Assembly (NCBI RefSeq): GCF_006345805.1
Contig: NW_021832016.1
Location: 1-32,971 of the forward strand
Length of the DNA stretch: 32,971 nt
From: Octopus sinensis
Taxonomy: Eukaryota
Direction of reading: 5' to 3'
The notes under the pieces are model-generated. The model was not told the DNA's origin. It worked only from the letters and a program-made list of their open reading frames with translations, and ran no database searches. This document shows, in pieces, positions 22,830 to 32,468 of this stretch. The first letter of the stretch is position 1, and the number at the start of each line of letters is the position of its first letter. The position numbers and the translations under genes were made by a program.

Positions 22830-24900
22830 CTATATATAATGATAGAGCCTACTTATATGCACTAAAAGTATGTTTCTCTGCCAATGCTTACATCTGTATG
22901 CTCGTTCTATAACCGTGTTTACTAGAGTATTTTTAGAAAAAATAATGAAAAATAGCTCAGAATTGCAGAGAAGACAGAATTTTTTGCCTTTGTCATATGG
23001 TATCGAATTGAGAGGATCAACCATTCTAAATGAAATTGTTCATTGTGGTCTTTTAAATCCCAAATCAGTTTGCTGAGACCGGTACTATTCCGTTTATTTC
23101 TATCCCTAAATGTTGAGTAATGGATAGAAATTCTCTTAGATAACTCTAACGATGTGCTTCCAATGTAAAATCGTACTTTATTACGAGTACTGATTATACA
23201 CTGGTATATAGAATTTTTAATCTTAGAGTTACTTACATAAATTTAATTCTATTGGGATTGACTTCAGATACAATAACCTTGTTATTAATATTTCTAGAGG
23301 GTTGGATGGTAGTAACTAAATTAATGTTAGTATTAGTAAATGTATTAATATTTAACAGTTTGTATTATGAGAAGATATAATTTGCAAGAGATTTTTTGTG
23401 TTTGAAAAACCTATCCTAACCTTATGTGAATTAATTATAGAGTAATATCTAGAATTATTTGGAAATTCCTAGCAATAGCTTGACGAAACAGCAGTGGGAG
23501 ATTAGATTTAATTTGTCTCCCGTAAGGAATTATTAACCAAATATTTTTACTAGTATTCATAGCGTAATTACTTTTGAAGGTGTTATATTTACTTTTAGAT
23601 CGGTAATAGGGGAATAAATAAGGGTTATCTGCCTTCATTCGCTTTGTATCGGTGCGTAAGTTATGTTTGTTATCAATAATTCTTTTACGACTAGAAATCT
23701 TATCTACATTATTGAATTTACAATTAGACTGAGCAGAATCAATGTAGAAAATTTTTTTCTGTATAACCTGCTTTGATTAAGGCAGAGTTTAGAATTCAGC
23801 GTTATTATTGAAAATATCAACATTAGCAGATAATTTAGATAATCTAAATGAAATATTCTTAACTAAATTCTTAGTAATTGCTCCCGGATGATTACTAAAT
23901 TTGCTAATGTACTTAAGATTGGTCAACGGTTTATGATATGGGAGTAAGAGTCACTGTGTAAATTAAGCGTAATATCTAAAAAGTTGGCCTTCGTCAGATC
24001 GTCATCAAAAACGATTTTTAAGCCCATTCTACTGAAAAAATTAACTAAACTGTTCTTAACTTTTTGTACCTTTTGGTTGGAAACATTTTGGAGGTAAGTA
24101 AACAATCATCACGATATAGACCTCCATAAATGTTAGGGAACTCTTCAGCCATTTCAAAAAGAATATATATACAGACCAAATCAGCTATCTGTGCTGAATA
24201 GAACTTCCCATAGGTTATCGAAACTATCTGGTGTGTCTTTACGGACCCACACTTATCATCAAATTTAATAATAGATCTTCTGGCTGCCAACACACAACAT
24301 TAATTTCTTCTCGGGTGAGACCAGCTTTGTTATGAGCAAGCCAAAGTGCCTTATTAGTACTATTGGATTAATAGACGAATAAAAATTGGAAATATCAAAC
24401 TGGATAAACTTCGTACTCACCTTACTGTTAATAGACCTAAACCAGTCAACTACGTCAAATGAATTAGTCCATAAACTAAGTTTTAATGTTTTGATTAAAT
24501 TAGGAATATATTTATCTAGTATATTTTTACTAAGGATACCGATGTCAGAGCTAGAAGGGCTTAATGATGGGTTAGTAAAAAAATTTGGTTTGTGATCCTT
24601 CAAAATGAACCTAGGTTGCTTAGGAACAAGTGGTTCTGTCTTCATTTGTAGGTTATATTTCTCCATGATTTTCATAGCCTCGATGTTGGCTTTCTTAAGT
24701 ATTCTTTTATCAGCAATTTTATACTTTTTCTGAATTTCTTTTTCAAGTAATTCCAAATAATAGTCTTTATAAAGTTTGTACAGATTTCCAGTCTTATCAG
24801 ATTGAACCAACATAGTAGCCATAGAATTGATTTCTTTGGTGATGTTGCGAAGATACCTCAGATGTTTATTCAAATATTCAATGTAAACACGAAGTTTCAA
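22830..24900 (-). pseudogene. PLE reverse transcriptase-GIY-YIG ORF, frameshifted
   Basis: QSDKTGN, LKDHKPNF, FIQFDISNFYSSI (24391-24399 = FDI), YGGLYRDD (24105-24116 = YRDD), FLDITLNL, SIYQC...FYIGST...KRISIH...LSKLIWDLKD (about 23045-23215), FCLLCNSE...YRCKH. Confidence 0.88.
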
Positions 24901-25027
24901 CCTTTATAAACAAGGAGTTATAACATCTTTACTTGTGAGATTTTGCTGCCCTGGTAACTATTCATTCATTTATCCGTGTTAATTGTTAACAAGGTAAAAT
25001 ACACTCATCTATATTATATATATATAT

Positions 25028-25165
25028 AGTTAAATCCAACAAGAAAACACAAAGAGAAAACACAACAACGCGAGGACGTGGAACAATATAGTATTATTGG
25101 ACGTTCAGGAAAGAAGGAAAGAAGGAGGGTTTGACGCTTCGCAGCGGAGCTCTTCGTCGGAAACA
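25028..25165 (-). mobile_element. Solo PLE pseudo-LTR-like module (family of 1695-1884) with hammerhead-like motif at 25129-25164
   Basis: GTTT-CCGACGA-AGAGCTCCGCTGC-GAAG-CG-TC-AAAC; ends in (TA)n. Confidence 0.7.
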
Positions 25166-25443
25166 CAGACACGTGTACCCTTAACGTAGTTCTCGGGGAT
25201 ATTCAGCGTGACACAGAGAGTGACAAGGCCGGCCCTTTGAAATACAGGTACAACAGAAACAGGAAGAAAGAGTGAGAGAAAGTTGTGGCGAAAGAGTACA
25301 GCAGGGATCCCCCCCCTGCCGGAGCCTCGTGGAACTTTAGGTGTTTTCGCTCAATAAGCACTCACAACGCCCGGTCTGGGAATCGAAACCGCGATCCTAC
25401 GACCGCGAGTCCGCTGCCCTAACCACTGGGCCATTGCGCCTCC
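25164..25443 (-). mobile_element. tRNA(Arg)-like SINE family C, tail type 1
   Basis: Head GGAGGCGCAATGGCCCAGTGGTTAGGGCAGCGGACTCGCGG...GGTTTCGATTCCC with A and B boxes and a TCG anticodon-like triplet. Probably one of the described octopus OR-type SINEs, not verified. Confidence 0.88.
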
Positions 25444-25980
25444 ACACTGATTTAATATAAGTAGAGTTAAACTAAAACAATGTGATTGATAGAGAGACTA
25501 ACTATGAAATAAAATATCATAAGAAGTAATATAAAGAGACATAAAATCCATTGAAAAATTCTTCTGCTTGTATTAGACAGACGACAAATAACTGGGAAGC
25601 AGAGATAAGGTGTGTGATGGAGAAGAATACTGAGAAATAACAAAGGGACAGCAAGCAGCGCACGCGCACGGGTATTAACTGAAAGAGACTGAAAGAGGAG
25701 TTTGGAAAAGGGAAATAGCGGGGGTCGTAAATTATAGAAGTGGACAACGTGACAGATTGGAAGTTAACGAGAGAGAAGGAGAGAGTGAGAGTGAGAGAGA
25801 GAGAAGGGAGAAACAGAAAGAAAGTGAGAGAGAGAATGAAGAGTTTTGAATACGCGAGTATTAAAAAGGTACGTTACGCATAGACACGTATATAAACTGT
25901 CACAGCTACCTACAAAGACACAATCAAATATACATGCATGTAAATACACACACACACACACGCATACACACAATCACACA

Positions 25981-26026
<46 letters not shown>

Positions 26027-26534
26027 CTTATAGCATAGCTTTCCTTTTTCTGAAATGTTTTTACTTTGTCATCAGATGTGAGAACATTTTCATTTTCACC
26101 TCACGTAGTTGTATTTAGGATACCGAAGTGCTGAAAACATATTAAGCCAAATTATGCTGCCTTTGAAATTCATAATTAATTCACAAAAAAGCATTTGATT
26201 AATTTCTTTATTGAGAAAAAATTGGAAGAAAAAAAAGAATCTAGCATCCCTTGTCGAAGCGTACGCAAGTGGAGTACCTTTCTCTTGATAAGCCTCTCAC
26301 TCCTAGGTGAGTGAAAGCAAACGTCTGTGTTGTGTATGCACGTTGATAGAACAATTTACCATCTCATTTACTACCTTGCTCTACAGATCTGAGACTTCGA
26401 CTTCTTACAATTCCAATGCATATATGTCAACCCACCCAGCTAAAGTTTAGTATTGTTACTAATGTATGTTTGTACGTGTGTATGTGTATATATATATATA
26501 TACTTTATTTTAAGCAGCAGAAAATTCACAAAAT

Positions 26535-26571
26535 CTGTTACTTGAGTTTCTCGTTGCCGTTCATCAGACAG
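26535..26571 (-). ncRNA. Minimal type I hammerhead-like motif with fully canonical core
   Basis: CTGT-CTGATGA-ACG-GCAA-CGA-GAAA-CTCAAG-TA-ACAG. Stem I has 4 bp, extendable with AAAA/TTTT past one mismatch; stem II is weak. Lies in a ~95-bp island between two (TA)n tracts. Confidence 0.65.
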
Positions 26572-26587
26572 TTTTTGCTAGAATGGC

Positions 26588-26636
<49 letters not shown>

Positions 26637-26871
26637 TACACATATATACACACCACATATACATATATGCATACATCAGTATACAAACATGTACGCGCGC
26701 GCGCACACGTACACACATGCACATTCATACACATACACACGCGCACATACTTTGTATGACCAATAGATTGTGAACAGAATTCGGAACTGTGCAGAGGCTG
26801 TGTGCATGACTAATAACGCTTACTGCAATTGTAAGAAGTAGACAACCCTGTCTAGAAAACGCTGCTCGCTG

Positions 26872-26886
26872 TACTACTACTACTAC

Positions 26887-26943
<57 letters not shown>

Positions 26944-26983
26944 CAGCAGCAGTAGCAGTAGTAGTAGTAGTAGTAGTAGTAGT
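26872..26983. repeat. (TAC)5 abutting (TAG)n microsatellite
   Basis: Direct reading. Confidence 0.95.
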
Positions 26984-27059
26984 AATATAAAGTGTGGATC
27001 TTAACAATTACGGACCAGAAGAGTTGAGTAATGAGAAAGGGGGTATAGAAGTTTTAGGA

Positions 27060-27116
<57 letters not shown>

Positions 27117-27315
27117 CAGGTAGAGTGGAAGATGTAGACCTATGATCAACACGTTGGTAATGGTATGCATTATTTTGGAAGTGCGCTGTCGTATCATTAC
27201 GTATTCTGAAAGCTAGTGTAGCTTTGGAGAACTATAGCAGAGAGTAGGACAGCTCTGGTTTTTCGCATTGACACATAAGTAAATTTTTCAACGCTATCAG
27301 CCTTCCAACTCTCCT

Positions 27316-27504
27316 CTACTGTTCTGATACATCAACAGTGTACAAATCTTTCCTTAATAGCTCAATTATTTCTGCATGTCTTCCCGATACATGTGTTCTC
27401 AGACGTGCCAAATCACCCAGTATGTTTGCTGAGCTCAACCCACAGCTGTTAGCTGGCAAGTAAAGAGCTGTGTTATAACGTCTCGTAAAGGATACGAAAC
27501 TACA
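27316..27504 (-). CDS. Candidate terminal coding exon, unidentified protein
   Basis: Pyrimidine-rich acceptor TCTTTTCAGTTTATTTTCAG|TGT, then 62 open high-complexity codons CSFVSFTRRYNTALYLPANSCGLSSANILGDLARLRTHVSGRHAEIIELLRKDLYTVDVSEQ*. No TE motif recognised and no homolog recognised. Confidence 0.4.
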   Translation of the reverse strand, partial: CSFVSFTRRYNTALYLPANSCGLSSANILGDLARLRTHVSGRHAEIIELLRKDLYTVDVSEQ

Positions 27505-27637
27505 CTGAAAATAAACTGAAAAGATTAAGAACAATTCAGTCTCATGAGTGGATCTTCTTCAAGACAGATCTGCTAAGGAGAAGGTAGCTGCTAAGTCATC
27601 TATCTATCTTTCTGTCTGTCTGTCCGAACGTCCGTCC

Positions 27638-27701
<64 letters not shown>

Positions 27702-27763
27702 GCATGCATGCGTTATAGAATGAATAAATATATGAGCATGTATAAATAGAAAGAATGTCTTTG

Positions 27764-27797
<34 letters not shown>

Positions 27798-27804
27798 AAA
27801 TATA

Positions 27805-28112
27805 TCACCGTGATCACCGTGACCGACCAGGCTATCAGATGTTGCTACACATCGCTGGTCACAATGCGCCTCGCATTGTTTTAGCCTTCAAATGACGCCA
27901 TCCCGCTGGCTAAACGAGCAGGCCAACAATAGAAAGAGTGAGAGAAAGTTGTGGGGAAAGAGTACATCAGGGACCGCCACCACCCCCTGCCGGAGCCTCG
28001 TGGAGCTTTAGGTGTTTTCGCTTAATAAACACTCACATCGCCCGGTCTGTGAATCGAAACCGCGATCCTACGACCGCGAGTCCGCTGTCCTAACCACTGG
28101 GCCATTGCGCCT

Positions 28113-28114
<2 letters not shown>
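27805..28114 (-). mobile_element. tRNA(Arg)-like SINE family C, tail type 2
   Basis: Head and body match 25270-25443, but the 3' part is unrelated and ends in GTCACGGTGATCACGGTG. Confidence 0.88.
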
Positions 28115-28151
<37 letters not shown>

Positions 28152-28174
28152 CATATACATATATATATATATTA

Positions 28175-28610
28175 TAAGGGTCAGCAAGAACAAATGTATT
28201 GAAATAGTTATTATATAAGATTAACAACACGTTGAGACTAGATATTTTACACATATTTGGATATATCTAATGTTTATCCAAGTGAATGTAGTAAATATAT
28301 CGTAAGTTATGAGGAAACAAACAAACAATCTTCCTTGTTCACAAAATATTAACAGTAAGGGTTTCTTTGTTGCTCTTGTTCCATTTTTCGTTGTTTTTCA
28401 AAGTGACCCTTAACTTTTGGCCGTTACAGTTTGGAAGATTTTTGTTTATTTCCCCATAACTTACGAAATATTTATTTTGTTTCGTTCTCTTGACATTTTT
28501 ACGAACGATAGATATCAGATATATCAAAATATGTGTAAAATATCAAGTCCCAACGTTTTGTTAATCTTCTATAATAAATATTTCAATACATTTGTTCTTA
28601 CTGAGCCTTA
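28175..28610. mobile_element. Non-autonomous fold-back element (MITE) with ~96-bp terminal inverted repeats
   Basis: 28173-28268 versus the reverse complement of 28517-28612 shows about 8 mismatches. Inner inverted arms at 28300-28334 and 28433-28466. TA (or TATA) flanks on both sides. Confidence 0.85.
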
Positions 28611-28715
28611 TATTATGGCCGGCACTGTATACACACACACACACATATATGTCCGTACCTCTCACTCTCTCTCTCTCTCCCCCTCTCTCTCTCCCTCTCT
28701 CTCCCTCTCTCTCTC

Positions 28716-28751
<36 letters not shown>

Positions 28752-29074
28752 CCTCTCTATCTATATGCTTCACATCAGTCGTGTAACGGCTTTCCAACGC
28801 CGTTGAAATTAATTACAAACAGCATATTATAATAAAATTAAAAAGTAACACTTATAACAAACTTTATCAAAGAACCAAATAAGCAATGACCTGGTACTAT
28901 CCTAGGTAATCAAAATACGTACAACATGAGAGTAATGTGAAATCAAAGTCACATTCAACATAACCAGTGAACATTCCACGCTCACTGTCAAATGGATGTC
29001 AACGTGATTTCGACACCCATAAAAAGTTCACACGAACATATACACACACGAACATATACATTCACATATAATTC

Positions 29075-29170
29075 GCCGATGGCAAATTTCACTCGTAAGG
29101 TATTGGTCAGATAATGCTATGGTAGAAGAGACTTGCTCAATAAACTGCACAGTGGATCGGAACTTTCTTA
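29075..29170 (-). mobile_element. SINE family A head fragment
   Basis: AATTTCACTCGTAAGG.ATTGGTC...TAGAAGAGACTTGCTCAA. Confidence 0.55.
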
Positions 29171-29332
29171 TCAGTTGATCGAAATTTTGCTGAAATTAGA
29201 CAATGTAAATTGAAGTTGATTTGATCTGTTACTTAAAGCCGATTGGTGACAGCAAAGGACACGTTTTGGTCTTTACTAGACTTCTATTTCGAAGTATAAT
29301 TTACTTAGATGATGTTGGATTATTATATAACG

Positions 29333-29528
29333 AGCGAGGCGAGTTGGCAGAATTGATAGCACGCCGAGAAAAATGCTAAGTGGCATTTCCTACGTTTTTA
29401 CGTTCAAATTCTACCGAGGTCGACATTACATTTTCTCCTTTCGGTGTTGATAAAATAATTATCAGTTCAGCACTGAGTCGATCTATCCCTTTTCCGAAAT
29501 TGCTGGACTTCTGTCAGAATTTGAAACC
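29333..29528 (+). mobile_element. SINE family B, degenerate
   Basis: GGCGAGTTGGCAGAATTGATAGCACGCCGAG...GTTCAAATTCTACCGAGGTCGAC...CCTTTCGGTGTTGATAAAAT. Confidence 0.8.
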
Positions 29529-29684
29529 ATCACAGAGAGATACCAATACATACACTGGATATATATATATGTATGTGTGTGTATGGACGAATGGCAGTTG
29601 GTTAGACATTCGACAATGAATATTCAGTTGTTCGATCGACTAAATTACTTTTTATTTATTGAATTATAATATTTAATCATCGAA

Positions 29685-29945
29685 TAAGTGATGGAGCATT
29701 CCACAGACACGTGTCCCCTTTACGTAATTCTCATGCAAAATCAGCGTGACCAATTATGCGTGATTAACTTGTATCCTTGAATTAGTGTTCTAACCCGTCC
29801 GATGGGCTTCTGTACTGTTTCGTCTTCTCCATGTCACTCGCAAAGCAAGGGGTTCATTCGAGATTGTAGAAAACGACACTTGTCCAAAATGCCACTAGGG
29901 GATCGGACCACGTGGGTTCGTTAAGCGAACTTCTTAACCATCTGG
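29685..29945 (-). mobile_element. Adjacent decayed SINE fragments: family C tail type 1 (about 29685-29750) and family A head (about 29803-29945)
   Basis: CCACAGACACGTGTCCCC...TCAGCGTGAC and ACGACACTTGTCCAAAATGCCAC...CTTCTTAACCA. Confidence 0.55.
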
Positions 29946-30519
29946 TCATACAGTGTGTGTTTTGTGTGTTTTGTGTGTGTGTGTGGTGTGTGTGAGGGAG
30001 TGTGTCTACATACGTGCACACACACACACATACACACACACACACGCATACACACAGATACACATGTAAGTGTATGTGTTTGTGTGTATGTACATACGTG
30101 TGAGTATGTATGTATGTATGTGTATACAGATATTTAAGTATTGTGGGAATGGAAGATCTGAGGATTATCAATCTATCTATCTATCAGTCTGTCTGTCTGT
30201 CTGCCTGTCTGTCTGTCTATAATGTATTGACAGGTATAACTGAGTACTTGAGGTCTCACTGTATATCCCAGCGCTCGGGGCCATGGGCACGTGCCTCTTT
30301 CAGAGCCTCGGGTAGACCCAAACTTTGTTTATTCAGATAAACGGAAATTGTTACAAGCCATTCGGATCGTCTATGTCTGTTCACGCCGGATCATCTTGAT
30401 TCAATGAGAATTACGTAAAACGTACACGTATCTTTGAAATACCTAGCTGCTTCGCAATTTATTCAACAACTAACTAGAACGACTAACTGGAAGCTTCTTA
30501 TGTCGGAATTCAAGGTTGG

Positions 30520-30522
<3 letters not shown>

Positions 30523-30580
<58 letters not shown>

Positions 30581-30596
30581 GTCATCATCATCATCG

Positions 30597-30637
<41 letters not shown>
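30523..30637. repeat. (ATC)n microsatellite
   Basis: Direct reading. Confidence 0.95.
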
Positions 30638-30685
30638 TATATATATAAATGTATATATATATATATATACATACACACACACATA

Positions 30686-30716
<31 letters not shown>

Positions 30717-31987
30717 GTGGCCCTTACAAAACTAACCCCATCTCCTTCCTCCTTCACTTGAGAATTCGTCTAGACCTTTGAGAGTCAAAATTTTAGTAAA
30801 TAAATCACCCTGCTCTACTTCAGGCTTTGAGTGCCTTGCTCGCAAACACATGCTTACATGCATGCACACATACACTCATGTAGCACGCACGCACACACAC
30901 ACACACACACACACACAACACACACACACACACACACACTATCACAGATACACTATACACACAGACATGTTCGCATGCACGCTTCACGCACTTACACACC
31001 ATACGTATATATCTACGTAATATGTACATTCATACGTACCTACATACGTACGCCCGTACATACATGCATAATTCTTATGCGCAGACATACATACATATAC
31101 ATATACATACATATATTCATTGATTCTTGGTCAGAATTTCCAGCCAAGAGTATTCAGGTGTTTGATCAGCTATGTTACTGGGATCATTGAATTAGCCTGC
31201 AAGTAGCAGCGTATTCCACAAACAAATGTCACCTTAATGTAATTTTATGATAGATTAGCTGACATAGTGTGCTGAAGCCGAACTTTTGCATTCCACGTAC
31301 AACAACATCCGACAAGCTTCCATGCTGTTTCTATACATTCAACTTCACTGGCGAAGTAAGGATTGATAGCCCACCTGAGACGTGAGAAATAACACTTGCC
31401 CAAGATGTCAGGCACCAGAATCGAAATCGAGACCTCATGATGGAGAAGCGAACACAGTTACACGCGCGCTCAAACACACACACATACACAAAACACATAG
31501 AAGCAGTACTCCATCTCTAAAGACTTTCCGTGTCTTTATCTAAATATACGAAATTAATTTTCATTATTTCTGACCAATATGTGTGTGTCTATAATTTCAT
31601 GTTGTGTTTTTTTCTTTCGATATGCATTTTACGTGTATATTTTATATAAACGTATGTACATTGTATGTGTTAGTTGGTGTGATTAAAAAACTAGGTTAAC
31701 GACCGGAAATTTTTCGAGTTAAATATGATTTCTTTAAATTCAATGAACGCGAAGAACGAAAGGTTTTTGTATTCCGATTTTCAGTGTGGAATTTTTCAAG
31801 CTTTCACTTGTTTATAAAAACAAAACACCGTTTGGTTTGTGTGTTATATGTGTGTGGACAGAGAATATATTGGGAGACACAGTGGTGATACATAAAAGGC
31901 AGGGACAGTTTTGGGAATTGTTTTAGCCAATAGGTGTGTGTGTGTGTTATGTATAGCATACACACCACACTCACACACTCACACCAC

Positions 31988-32042
<55 letters not shown>

Positions 32043-32077
<35 letters not shown>

Positions 32078-32468
32078 GTGAGAGAGTGAGAGAAAGAGAG
32101 AGAGAGAGAAAGAGAGAAAGAGAGAGAGAAAGAGAGAAAGAAGAGAGAGAGAAACAGAGAAACAGAGAGAGAATACGAGAGATAGAGGGGAAAAGAGAGT
32201 GAGAGAAGGAAAGAGCTATAGGGAGAGAAAAAAGAGCATAGAGACAAAAGAAATATAGAAAGAAAGAAAGGGAGAGAGAGGGAGAAAGCGAGAGAGAGGG
32301 AGAGAGAGGAGAGAGGGAGAGAGAGAGAGAGGAGGGAGAGAGAGGGAGAGCGAGAGAGAGGGATAGGAGAGAGTCGAGAGAGAGGAAGCGAGAGAGAGTG
32401 AGAGATAGAGCGAGCGAAGAGAGAGAGAGAGAGGAGGAGAGAGGAGAGAGAGAGAGAGAGAGAGAGAG
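32043..32468. repeat. Long degenerate (GA)n polypurine tract
   Basis: Direct reading. Confidence 0.95.

Larger units (their letters stand above)
22513..25010 (-). mobile_element. PLE, about 2.5 kb, 5'-truncated, lying between (TA)n tracts
   Basis: RT and C-terminal GIY-YIG motifs in order, plus a 3' pseudo-LTR with a hammerhead. Confidence 0.88.

Noticed and set aside
25380-25443. tRNA-Arg-like sequence (also 28050-28114)
   Set aside because: No closed acceptor stem, and it continues directly into a repeated SINE body; these are SINE heads, not tRNA genes.
26872-26903. Palindrome formed by (TAC)n meeting (TAG)n
   Set aside because: A trivial consequence of opposing microsatellites; short and common.
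31110-31350. Protein-like snippets (DSWSEFPAKSIQVFDQLCYWDH; minus PYFASEVECIETAWKLVG)
   Set aside because: Short, bounded by stops, and no consistent acceptor-donor pair keeps a frame open.
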